Shown here piece by piece: positions 41,037 to 53,462 of a stretch of 64,000 nt of DNA. The stretch is from the NCBI GenBank assembly GCA_050575255.1, contig JBNZDD010013726.1, positions 7,092,236 through 7,156,235 of the forward strand, in the 5' to 3' direction. The notes under the pieces were generated by a model, which saw only the letters and a list, made by a program, of their open reading frames with translations, had not been told where the DNA came from and did not search any database. Each line of letters begins with the position of its first letter. The stretch's first letter is position 1. The position numbers and the translations under genes were made by a program. The stretch is from Harriotta raleighana. Its lineage: Eukaryota.

Positions 41037-41885
41037 ACACTGCTGTAGCATTCAGCAAGAATTAGCATTTGGTTCTGTCAGACAACAAAACATGTAGTAA
41101 TTGAGTCCTTTAGTAGTGAGTCACTGATTTCAACAACAACAACAACTTGCATGTCAGCGTGTTTGTTGAAGGCAAGCTTGACATGAACAAATTTGAACAG
41201 GACAGAAATGTTCTGTAACTTGTCACAGAAGGTCACAAAAACAAATCACCCATGTACTTGCAGTTTGTTCAGTCAACTTGTGCACACTATCAATCAATAC
41301 ATCAATCAGATTGACTGGATTTGAAAGTGAAAGATCAATTATGTGGCAACACAATGGCAACTGCACAAAATGTACTATGTTGTACCGGAGGACAATCACA
41401 CAAACCCCTTATTCCACCTTGACGGTATGCATGAATATTGGGTAAATCACTTTATTTATTTAAGGAGACGACTTAATTTGTTTTGATCAGCCGGGCGACA
41501 TGCCGAAAGCCATCACCAACGTTAAGAGTATTCAAACCAAACTGGAATTCCAGGCATCCCACCTATGTATGGAAATTCCAGAGAGGCTTACTGGAATGGA
41601 ATGCACACTCTCTCCCTGGAGGGATGCTTAACAAATTTCTGTAAAGTACGAGGCACAGTTTGGCAAAAGCCAAGTCTTGGGGACCCAACACAGAGTGCGT
41701 TGGTGTACTGCTGCAATATAACCATTTAAAACTGCATAGCTCGCCATGGAGAACGCTGTCTGGCAAGCTTTCCCAGCTCGGACCAGCTAGGGTTAACGAG
41801 AGCTAACTGGGAAGAGACCCTAACCCAGTATCTGTCATGCACTTCCAAGTCTGAGGCCAATTATTCAATCTCTTCTGCACTGTGT

Positions 41886-42250
41886 AGCCCTGTAGCTCAT
41901 TGGTTAGAGCACTCCCTTGCAAGCGAGAGATCTGGGTTCGATTCCAGGCAGGGTAAAACCATGGGCAAATTTTTTTAGTCCACACGACTGATAATAATCC
42001 CTTGAAAAAACAATTAAAAAATGGTTATTTCAATTCCACGACTGTTTTCGCCCACAACTATAGAGTCACTTCACTTTACAGCATATTCTTTGAAGCGCTT
42101 TGAGATCAATCAATCAAAAAAATCAATCCAAATTACACTTATATAGCGCCTTTCACGTCGGGAGGATGTCCCAAGGCGCTGAGATGTCTAGAAGATGTGA
42201 AAAATGCTGCAGCAAATGCAAGGATTATTATTATTATGGTTATTATTATT
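41886..42250 (+). mobile_element. SINE family A with a nested inverted L2 3' end (42107-42179)
   Basis: tRNA-like head gccctgtagctcattggttagagc...gggttcgattccaggcaggg; the insert is flanked by tgagat on both sides. Confidence 0.85.
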
Positions 42251-44855
42251 AGAAGTGTTGACAATGAACCAGGCTGACTGTACTGTCATCAGCAGTGTCC
42301 TGGACACAACGAGCTCAGGAACCAGATTACTGAGACTGCCACAGAGGGGCTGGCTGAATTCTAACATTCTAACATTATGTTTCCAAACCCTTCAAAGGAA
42401 ANACCACAGAGGCTGAATTCTAACATTCTAACATTATGTTTCCAAACCCTTCAAAGGAAATCCCGCTTACCTTCCTCTCAACAACAAGAAGGATAGTCAC
42501 TGGTTGGTCATTTGACAACCCACAAGTGCAGGTTTGAACCCTCACTGGGTTGATGGCAGACACCAAGATCTCCCTGGAGGCAACACAGCTCAGCATGAGA
42601 GCATCGCCAACATGAAACGCACCACTTTCCTATCTACAGCTTGGACACACGTCCCTTCGCACTGATTCTATCAGTTGGAGGTGCTCTAGGCGGTGTCTTC
42701 CAACAGCTATTGCCCCAAGTCTCAGAGTTTCATCATCAGCTATCTGACGGACATCTGCCTTCAGCACAGAAACAACTTTTGAAATAAATATTGAGTTCAA
42801 GAAATTCTCAGCAATTCTTAGAGGGATGCTACTGTTACCATCGTCCTGTGATGTAACAAGGCAACACATATACATAGGTAGGTGGCAATACACAGGCTGA
42901 ATTTATTGCAACTCTTCAAATACTGTTTGTTTGAATCAGTGAATGATTCAAGCTGCAATTATTCCAACACCCACATAATTTACTCAATGCTTTTGAATCT
43001 AACAATGGTCTGGCTGAATAGCACAGTATGTTCCTCAACAAGAACTTAAAGAAGAAAAATGGAAAAGGACTCACATATAACCAAGTCAGCAAATACTGAA
43101 GCTGAACAATGCAATAGCGTTGTTGAAGGGAAAGAGACACAACAAGAAAGGATAATGATGTTATAACTGCCCAAGCTTTGAGGAGTGGAGAACGAATGGC
43201 ACGGAAATGTAATTTTGAGACAGGAAATTCGAAATAAAACAATGAACACCACATCATCCACACAAAGCTGCAACTGAAAAGCCTTCATGTGAAGAGATCA
43301 TTTCAAACATTAACTATCAAATAAGCTGCCCCATTATTGTAGTAAGTGAAGCAAGTGCTTCCAATAAATATATAGATATATATATATGTGAAGATTAGGG
43401 CAATGTTCATGTAGCTGCATTATATATCAGACAGAAGTGGTACATTGTTAGAAGTTGTGGACTGAAAGAAATATATTACGGTCACACTTTGAGTTGAATT
43501 GCTGCAAATGATGTAGGGTACTGTATACCCCAATGTCTGGGGAACATGCACAGTCCTTACACCACTGTGAAGCTGATAGTGTAGAGCAGGCATGACACCT
43601 TCAGCCACTGGTACATCGTTTCCCTCTTTAAAGTCCGTCCGAACTTTGACATTTCCTGTACAGTACCAAAATTTCAACCAGCAACTGAGAGATGAATACC
43701 GGTGTGAATGGAATGCAATCCTACACAATGACGTGTGTCACCATTAGAAATACGTACAAACATAAAAGCTATTCAATACATTCTTCAATGGGCAGAGGTG
43801 CCCCTGCCAGGCTTGCTAATTTGGAAATTGTTGCCACTCTTTTTCTCCTACTGGGAGCAGTTTATAATCTTCTTCAAAAGGAGTATGATAATATTAGGCA
43901 ACTAATTCCTATGGTCAGTGAAGGAAAAGGACCTTGTATTGGAACTAAAAGCATGGAAGATAAGACATAAATAGGTAAGAAACCAGGAAGGTAGCTGAAT
44001 CTGTATATTTTCTGCTCTGTGCTGTTGTGAGAGGATGGCAGACTTGTTAAAAGTTCTCAAAAAGGTGTTGGCCACTGTTTTCGTGTTCTGAAGATCCAGA
44101 GAAGGGTGGATCATTTCTGGCAAGAAAGTGTCGAATATAAATGACGCAACAATATATTGTATTATGAACTAGAGATTAGTACAGCTTGCGTTCGATGATA
44201 AACGTGTTTTTCCAAATATTGTACTTATTTACAAAATTGCCAGCCCCTTTAAATAAGCTATAGGAGTTCAGTGAAACATTCACATTTCAATGACAAGCAA
44301 CAGTACAATGGCTAGGAAACCTCTAGCATGTTGGCAGCAGGACAAGTTTCATATAAGTAACTCTTGTTGTTTTCAGTGGTTGCAAACACCAACATTATCC
44401 ATCTGTCAGATAAATCTTCCCCTTGTTAATGTGGAGCGTGTTCGTTTCACACTCGGAACAAACAAAATTAAATGGGTTGGCAACTAAAACATTATCAGAT
44501 CCTGTAGTTCAGGCTTATGAGATTTTCGTTTGGGGTTTCATCCAAACTCTTGTGATTTGCTCTTGGTTCCTAAATAAGCATTAATCTAACCCTTGCCAAG
44601 AAATAAAGGGGCCCAGGTAAGAGATTGTAGAGATACAAGGTGAGCTCCTGGAGAATTGGAGCAATTGCTGAAGGAATCACGGAGGTCCTCAAGGCCAAGT
44701 ATTTAAAAACGTGGGACAATACAGAGTGAAACAATTAGTTTAGAGGCTCAATCATACCAATTAAAGTTAAATGGCTTAGTTTAACCAAACACAACATGAT
44801 TGTTAAACAGCGAGCTAGAAAGGTATAGGCTCGACCACATATATTACTTACTTAC

Positions 44856-45011
44856 CAACATAAGAATGTGTTTTCTTCCATCACTTTCCCAAATCTTGAA
44901 AAAGCCAGAGCTTTTCAACATACTCTTTATGCGAAGTTCAATTGATTGGGTCCAGGCTGAGAAACCGAATCCTCCAGGAACACTCATTCTGTGGCTTTTA
45001 CAAGGCTCCAT
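44856..45011 (-). CDS. Candidate alternative first coding exon of PLCE1 (52 aa, MEPCKSHRMSVPGGFGFSAWTQSIELRIKSMLKSSGFFKIWESDGRKHILML)
   Basis: Strong Kozak agaATGG at 45011 with an in-frame TAG four codons upstream. The frame is open for 52 codons to donor TTG|GTAAGT in phase 0, the same strand and phase as the main exon. No homology evidence. Confidence 0.35.
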
Positions 45012-46314
45012 TCTCGAAGTCTATGAGCTGCAAGCGTACAGCTACCTAGCATGTAAAGAAACTGTGAACTTAATATATGGACTGCCTTGTAGTAAAATAC
45101 CCCTCCCAATCCAGTCACTGCAGACTGCCTGGAGACTTCGCCCTGCGACCGTGTTGCTCTGTGTCTGGACACAACATGCTTATTCTTTTGGCAGCTGGAA
45201 AAAATTATTCCCCAAAGCAGAAATCCCCTTCAGTAAGAGGGGCTCCATTTATCATTCACAGCCTGGCCAACATAGGCTTTCTTCCAGAACCAAAAGTCCA
45301 GAAGCACATAAGGGCGTTGATTTTTCTCTGGAAAAACAGACTTCATTGCATATTTCATTCTCGAGAACTGTTAACTTCAGATTTCAACAGAACTTGCTAT
45401 AGAGTGAACAAACTAATTTAATTCAGTATTCAATCCTGAATTTTCCTCCCATTATTTTTCTGCAGAAGCTGCCATATTACAGTATGGAAAGGTGGAGTGA
45501 GAGGGGGGTGATACAAGGATAGCCTGGGTCATAAAGTTCATTAATGATGCCAGGAAAGATCCAAGCACAGCTGACGACAGCTCGAATTGTGCTGAGAGTA
45601 ACATGAAATAGCATTTCCCATCCTCAAGATTGGGACGTTGTGTTGCAGTGAGGGGGTCCTATCTAGCATCTTATTACATGTAGTTCATGTCTTTGTTTAA
45701 CAGAACATATTTTAGCTTGTTACTCAGATGTGTGCTTATTGGGATTACCATAGTGGATCAAGGCTATGATGAATAATGCCATTGAAATACGAATTGGAGT
45801 AAAGGGGAACAGCAAGCTGCTTCAAATAATTTACTCATCAACAAAATATTCCAGCACATTATATGAGCCATGTGTGTGTGGGCTGCCCATCAAGAAAGTC
45901 AAACGAATAACAACTAACCGGGCTGCTCCTTCCTAAAATGCAGCGTATTCTGGGTTGGATGACATAATTGCAGCTGTATGAGAGAACTCTCCCCAGATCG
46001 CTGGCGTGCGCAAAGATAATAAACACGTTAGCTTTTTTATTCATGAGCCAGAACCCTGTTGAAAGTTATACAACATCTATAGAGGACAAGGTGCCCACTG
46101 TGAATTTGCCTCTGCGGCACAGAATGGAGCTGAGGTCCCAAGCAAAGGTGTTGGCTTTGTTTCAAACGCAGCTTTGTAAAACTCCCGACTACACAGAGAA
46201 TGTTTACCTCCATCCAGGTCCTCTCAAGTCAGCTCACTTGATCTTGTGAATTCCCAGGGACTACATTCTTCCTCGAGAAAGTTAAAATGTCCATAAATTA
46301 TGCATAGTAAAACT

Positions 46315-46575
46315 TAGCATTTGATATGGTGCTATTCATGTCTTCCAGACGTGTCGAAGCGCTTTGTAGAATATACTGTAAAGTGAATTGACTATATATT
46401 TGTGGGTGAAACGCGGCAGCCAATTGTGCAAACAATCATGGGTTGAACTGACCATTTTTTTGTAAAATTGTAATAATTGGCTGCTCTATTCACCCACAAA
46501 AACACGTAAATCAAGCTTTATGTACTTTCTTATGGCAGATGCTTTACCAAATACTGTACAAGGATTATTATTATT
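46315..46575. mobile_element. Two SINE family A 3' fragments in opposite orientation
   Basis: Minus-strand tail and core (46315-46460) followed by plus-strand aattggctgc...caaggattatta. Confidence 0.65.
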
Positions 46576-47299
46576 GATGTTGAGTCAAGCTCAGTTGTGC
46601 TTTTGAGTAAGGTGTAATACTTACTTCTTTTAAATAATCTTTAGTTCAACAACGTGCAAGTATTACGTATTCACAAAGCAGATTTTGTTTCTTGAAGTTG
46701 ACTCCAGGACATCTGGAATAATTCAAAAATTCCCCAGACTACACATCATGAACTTGACTGTATGATATACCAAACATTTTATCTTTTGCACATTAATGCA
46801 GACGTACTGCACTGAAAGATTTTGCACTGCACAAAAGCAAGTTTTGTGTTCTGTGTTTTGTTTGAGTACAAAAGGGATTACTGTATTAAATCAAGATGCA
46901 ACATAAAAACATTTTTAATTAAAAATGTTTCTTCTATATCCTTTCGTGAAATACCTAGGGCCAGTCACTGAAAGGCGCAACCCTCCCCACACATAACTGA
47001 GTTATTTACACATTGCCAGCGTTTTTGCGTTTTGGAACAGCCATGGAATTTGAACATTTAAAATCACCTATTTCCAGCCTCATCTCAGTCTGCAATAAAT
47101 CGAATACTTTTCATTTGTTGACCTTTTAATATACACAACAACAGGCCAATGGCTGACTGAACTAAAATCCTTTGTAGGTAATGTAACAAAGGTTAAATAC
47201 CAGGGAAATGGGTTAGGTTTTTGAAATTCAATTCTGCCTCTTAATTTTCCTTAAACATTTTGTAATTTTCTCCAAATGCATTTAACTTACCGATCTATA

Positions 47300-47379
47300 G
47301 CCTTGGGACATCCTCCCGACGTGAAAATGTAATATAAATGTAATTTTATAAATGTCATTTTGTTTTTTGCTGTTGTTGT
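47300..47379 (+). mobile_element. L2 3' end
   Basis: gccttgggacatcctcccgacgtgaaa...aaatgtaatttt. Confidence 0.7.
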
Positions 47380-49227
47380 AAGCATTCATGACTTGAACTA
47401 ACTGGGCTCAACAGTAGTCGTTCTCTGTAAACACAAGCATCTACTGTCCAAAAGAGAGACCCAGTTACCAAAAAGAGGCAACTAGCCCCCACTTTTTTCC
47501 CCACACATACATTACCATAGCAGCAGCGATATTTATTAGTTTAGATCACGTTCATTGTGATTTGGTTTGAAAATAATTTTCTATATATGAGCAGACAAAG
47601 CAAAACTGAAGAATGCTGAAAGTGTACTTGGGCCATTTGCAATGAGTACTCCATTCATCAATAAATGTCATCCGCTTGAACAGATTTAAAATTCCTGTAT
47701 TTTAATAATAACTTACATAAACAATAATACAACATGAATGTGCCTTTGTGTTAGTAAAGCTGATGTGCAGTAACCACAAACAGCACAGCTAAAGGCTCAA
47801 TACTTAGCTTAACAACAAATAGCTTTGTATTCCTAGCAAACTTGATTTGGCTCATTTTCTACAGTTGGAAAATAGTGTTCCTGTTGCAGGATAAGTGCAG
47901 GTCATGGTGCGTACCAGCGACAATCTTGAACTTATCAATTCCATTGCTTCATATTGCCAGGGACAGCAGAATATTTCAGATTCAAGTTTTGAAGTTTGAA
48001 GCATTACTATTAATCCCAGTTAATTCTTTGTGCCTGTCCTATCTCTTCAGTTGGAAAAACGAGCAGACGTAGTTGACAATCATCTCTTATTGCTGTTTCT
48101 CACCAACCCGCAGAACATACGCTTCAATCATGCAGAAGGAGTTCCTTCTCGGCCTAGTTTTCCGTCTCTTTGCTCAACCAATGCAACCCAACACGGGCTG
48201 GTGCTGATGATACCAGTGTTAAGACGAGGAATTTAACCTCTATTTATTGCTGAAGGAATCTACAGGCAACCGTAAATGCACATATCAATCAGTCTATCCT
48301 TGGGAATACAGTTATTTTATTTCAAATGGGAATACCAACATTCTGTTTATCTTTAAATTCCTCCTGCAGCTTTATGAGGATTGCTCCTCTAATCGGCAAG
48401 TAATAAAAATTGCTATTTATTAAACTGAGTGTGATTTACCCCAATGGCTAAGCTGCTCCAAAATTGTCTAATTTGATTGTAGGTGACTAAGAGTCGAACA
48501 GCAGCACGGATATAACTCTAGTGACTCAATCAAATGGTGAATCAGCCTTCAGACATACATCTTTTCCAAGCAGTCTCAAAGGGCAGATTACCAGGCAGCA
48601 GCACCCTTTAATTGTTGTAACAAAGATAGCCCTTTGAACATATTGGGACTTACATAGTTGCTTCTCTGTGAATTTGCAGCCAAACCAAGTGCGGGGAGAG
48701 AGATGCTGAAAGGTTTGAAAACCCGGTGTTAAAACTGTGAACTTTTCAACTAAAAAGTGAAATAATTTACAAATAAACGAAATAAAATACTTCAAATGCC
48801 ACTTTGGCAGGACCTGGGAAAGATCTGCAAGATCATGTCTGCTGCAGAGTGTAACAAGACTCTTCTGGTGCACAGCTGAAATCTGTGTTGTCAAGGATTG
48901 GCTAGAAATCACAAGAAGAACAAACTCCGAGAAACAGAGATAGTGTTTGTGTTCATGTTGCATCCATCACAAAAGATTTCTAACAATCGCAAAGCTGTAG
49001 CTTCTTTCTACAGTCTATCAGTTTCAAGCTTTTGATGTGTTTGCACTGCCACATGGTTAAACTCACCAATTGTTGTGGAAAGCTCTACCTTTTTTTAAAA
49101 AAAAAGCAGATCCCCAAAGCAGAGGACAGAGACTTAAGCATACCTTGATTGATTTATTTGGTGTTTTTAAAATGTGAACAAATATTTCAATATATAAAGG
49201 GTGCTGTTGCCTTTGGAAAGTACAGTA

Positions 49228-49670
49228 TAGTAAAAGCCTGTTTATCCGTGACTCGATGAATTGGAACTTCCGTTTAACCGGCATGTCAAAAAAAAAAGTC
49301 CCGATTTGATAAACCGGAAGTTATCCAGCAGAATAGTGGTGGCGCATTTAATGAATCGATTGTCACACGAGAGTACTGTACTGGTATTTTGGCTTGCCAC
49401 TAATAGAGCCTTAAAGTTGCGTTGCTGTTTTTTCCTCCAATGGCGGTCGCCATTGCAGAAGTTAAGTATAAATAATACAATATTCTGTTATTACAGTATC
49501 TATTAGTACTGTTTTTAGTTTATTATTTATATGGTACAGTGCACGACATTTACAATAAAATACCCATACAACATTCTGTTATTATTATTTAATCTATTGT
49601 TAATATGGTATGTGTTAAAATAAGTACTTTTTTTGTGTTGGGTTTCGGAGTCAGATGCGACCGTTCAACC
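49228..49670 (+). mobile_element. Tigger/pogo-type non-autonomous DNA transposon, left part
   Basis: TA followed by a (C/T)AGTAAAAGCCTGTTTATCCG terminus and subterminal ttaaccggca; about 190 bp internal match to 61826-62015. Confidence 0.7.
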
Positions 49671-49979
49671 TATTTGCTGTACTTGATATAAAACTGGAAA
49701 AAGCACAGATATTACAGTTTATAATATCAGTATCGGGACTGTTACAACATTGCATTTGAGCGATGTCATTATGCTGACCTCTTCCCTTCCCTGAAGCAAT
49801 AACAGACTATTTCAACATTTAGTGAAACCTTGCAAATCTTATCTATTAGCTTTCTATATTGTGTACATCTAGTTTCTTTTATTCCTTGATTCTGTACTCA
49901 GGGAGATGACTGTGCTAGGCATACTCTCTCGCTTTAACTTCCTTTGAGAGCACTAAGTCGAGCTGAAATTCCCTTATCA

Positions 49980-50316
49980 TGGAGTCTTGTATCTTAGTGA
50001 TAAGAGCTTTCGCCTCAAAAGTGAGAGGATCTGGGTTCAATTCCCAGGCAGGGCAAAACACTCGGTAAGTTTTCCTACTTACTCCACACTCCTCTGTTTA
50101 CCTAGCGATAAGTAGGAATGCAATTGTTGGTCGATTGGCAAATCACTTTTCCAGAGAAAATAATCCCTTCAAAAAAAATTAATAATAATTTGGTCACTCA
50201 ATCCACATTTTGCTGACAAAATATACAGTCAATTCAGTTTACAGTATACTCTGTGAAATGCTTTGAGATGACTAGAAGATGGGATATCAAATGCAAAGAT
50301 TATTATTGTTATTATT
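49980..50316 (+). mobile_element. SINE family A, long form
   Basis: B box gggttcaattccc, extra block ctctgtttacctagc...gtcgattgg, tail. Confidence 0.8.
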
Positions 50317-51825
50317 AGCCCTCTTTTAAATATATCCAGTTTAAATGTGTTCTAATACAGTCTTGTGAAGAAACAATATTGAATTCCTAGAGCTTCTTTA
50401 AAGACTGCAAAGTATTTTAACATTAAATAAATTAAAATAGTCTCTTATTGTTTGCTTATCCAATAAGGACAGTTTTCTGGCATTCCAGCAATTCCTCTGT
50501 GGAATTTTCATAAATCATTCAAACAGTCTATTCCTCCTAATTGAAACAAACTGAAAAACTACAGAGCAAATAGAACTCAAGAGAGCTTTAAAGGAGCTTT
50601 GGCATCTGAATAATTTCCCAAGGTGACAGAATCCTGTTTATAAATGTGGGTAAAATATCAGAATGTGAGGATGCAAGATATTTCTCACATCCTTTTGGAG
50701 AGTAAAGCAAAATAATCTCCTATGAAGTACACTTTGAAAATAAACAGGACTCTGATCTTTCCAACCTCTTCCAACAGTGAATTTTCCTGTCACACAGTTG
50801 TAGGAATGTGCAATGATGCTTGGGATTGCTGGAAAATTGTTTTGTGTGGATTTGCCTAAATCCTTTAATTAAAATTGTAGCTCACATTGGATAAAATGGA
50901 AGAAAGAAGTTCGTTCCTGTGAGCAACTTTAGAAAAAGCGCCCTTCTTGCCCAGTCAGTTACCAAATTTATTTATAATGCAGCTTTGTGCTCTGTGAGTT
51001 GTTCCAGTTTCCATTTGCACTTGCTTATAATGATTCGCTTCAGCCCCCACTTCTCAGTAATTACTTCTGCTATGTTGATAATTTTCTCATTCAACCACAA
51101 ACCACTTGCCCAAACTCCCCCCTTGATGTAATGCACATACTTCACAGCATTTACATTAAAAGAAAATAATTACTAGTAAAGTCACAGACCTTGCTTTCAT
51201 TGCATATGAAAACAATTTAACATTCTTCGCAATCTACTCATAATAAATAATGGTTCGGTTTGATTTTACTGTTTCATTTTTCAGCTTCGTTGTCCACATT
51301 GTACTAATCAGGATCATGACATTGACTATAAATTATTATGTGTTTTGCCACTTCTGTTACCTCAAGACTTACACACAGGCATTTGTACTCAGTAATTACA
51401 CTCACTCAGTAGATGCTCCCAGGTACTTACACCCTTTTACTTGCACACAGCACTCATACCCAGGTACACTAAATAAACCTACACATATGAAAGCAAAGAA
51501 TGATAACATCAAACAACATTGAATCAGTGCCCACACTCTCACACTCAAACCCGTACTCTTTTCTGATGTTTGGCTGGACACAATGTTCTGGGATTTTTTG
51601 ACAGTTACAATCTATTTTCCTATACCTGCATTACATTAGACCTTCATAGATAAAAGGAGTACAGACCAGTTAGCCATTCCCATTAAGTACTAAGTTGTCA
51701 ATGCTTTTACAAACATTCCTCAAGCACATTCTTAATGATCAGAACCTCCCCCAGAAAATGCAATACGTGAAGCATTTTGTTTCTTTAAAACAAAATACAA
51801 TTTCATGAAATGGCAGATATCTTAC

Positions 51826-53091
51826 CTCACATCTGCGTAGCTTGGTCGAGGAATGATTCAAGTCATTTCTTCTTATCCACATAGCTTGACATACCGTCAG
51901 TTTCTCAACAGTAATCCTGGGAAGTTTGAGTTCAAGAGTAATGCTTCGCTTTTGATTGACAGCCTTCTTGGCCTTTGCTCCAATATGCCCAGAGGGTAAT
52001 GTTCTTGTCCGTGCCCTAGAGCCAGTATAAACAGATTTCTTCACCTCACGGTTGTTCTTATTGTACCTTCTAAACAGCAGCGTGGAGCGTTCCTTTCTGT
52101 TTCTGTCAAACTCATCTCCCATCCCTTCATCACAGCTGTTCCCTGAATCTTCAGCACTGTTGACTGAAGGCTTCAGGACCACTCGATTTTGCCATTGGCC
52201 TGATGTGGACCTATCAGCTGAGCTTTTTGCCTTTATCTTGCGTTGAACTCTGCCTAAGCCTGCCTGTGAAGCATGCAAACCTGGGCAACTGGCGTTCAGT
52301 TCATGTGCAGTCTCACGAATCGAGCCTGTTGAGAATTTCAATTGTTGCTTTGATGCACAATCACACGTTGCATATTCATAGTCATGTTCAACTCGACAAA
52401 CCTTCGTGCCTTGTGAACACTGGCAAAGGTAGAAAACACAGTACCTTTCAGTGTTGGTGCTGCCATGGCATTTCAGTTTAACATCACTTGTGGTACTATG
52501 TGGACTAGTTGTTTTAGAGATTTTCTGGCTGCAAAATGACACCAGCTTCCTCAAAGAATCTCTTGTACCCAAGTCTTCCTCACCGATCCTTCCTCCCGGA
52601 GAAGAAGACAGTTTATCAGCCGTCCAGTGTGTGCTTTCGTCAGTTTGAGGATCGCACTGTAATTTATCCGAAAACACATGGCAACCACAATTCTCCTGTG
52701 AAGGATTAAAACAACTGGGATTATAGTATCTCAGTTTAGAGCTTGACATGCCCATCCCACTGTCGCTGACTTCTGCTTCAATTCCAGTGTTTTGTTTAAC
52801 AGATATTGCTGGCAGTGGATCCGGCTTCGTGCCTTGCAACTCTAGCTGAGACTGTGGAAGGCCTTGTAGGAGTGACACTGAATCTACGGGCAACCTCCTT
52901 TCATCACCAACACTATGCCTTTTTTTAACATCGCAGCCTAAATTACTTGAACTATTTTTATCTTCAGCTGGCTGGCCAGATATCATCTTCCCTGGTCGCA
53001 CGGTCACAAATGCAGAAGCGAACACCTCCTCCGAGTTCATCTTGAAACACAGACGCTCGATATTCTTCCGATTCTTTTCTTTGACTGTCAT
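51826..53091 (-). CDS. PLCE1: Phospholipase C epsilon 1, first large coding exon (N-terminal region upstream of the RasGEF domain); partial CDS that continues past a phase-0 intron
   Basis: The 450-aa ORF contains [39 protein letters not shown], matching the recalled human PLCE1 block [62 protein letters not shown] (ATG at 53040) aligns with human [23 protein letters not shown]. A strong donor GAG|GTAAG follows 51826 in phase 0, so ORF 51739-51825 is intron read-through. The first in-frame ATG is 53091; the conserved start is probably 53040. Confidence 0.93.
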
Positions 53092-53462
53092 AGCATGGCC
53101 TGGTCAGTGACAGGAGTCTGTGAAGCACTTTGGTGAAGTTCTCTAAAGGTATTGGGCTACACTCAAATCAGTCTGCTCTGAAACCAGATGTCTTAGAAAC
53201 AGAGAGGGAATAAAATTACCAGCTGTTCGAGCCCGCCACAGTATAATGCTCCTGCAAATTCCAAGCAGCTGGATTCTCACGTACTTTATGGCATCAGACA
53301 CTATTCTGCTCAGTGCTGTACGAATCGCTTCTATAGATTTGCAAGCTAAATTCTGTTTCCTCAAAGGCGAATGTTGAAAATAATTTCTGTTGGTGTTCCC
53401 TTCCTTTCCAACGAAGGAAACGGTTTGCCACAAGGCAGACTTTAAATGTAGATTACGTTTGT
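53092..53462 (-). other. PLCE1: 5' UTR part of the PLCE1 first coding exon; acceptor AG at 53464-53463
   Basis: Minus strand reads ttaacttttcttccaatttatgtttcAG|acaaac: branch-like TTAAC, pyrimidine tract, then CAG. This gives a ~1.64 kb exon, similar in size to the large mammalian first coding exon as recalled. Confidence 0.65.

Noticed and set aside
44800-45402. 200-aa plus-strand ORF
   Set aside because: TTG start, no recognisable domain or splice support, and antisense to PLCE1. The minus-strand exon candidate explains the region better.
51739-51825. C-terminal 28 codons of the 450-aa ORF
   Set aside because: They lie beyond the GAG|GTAAG donor and are intron read-through.
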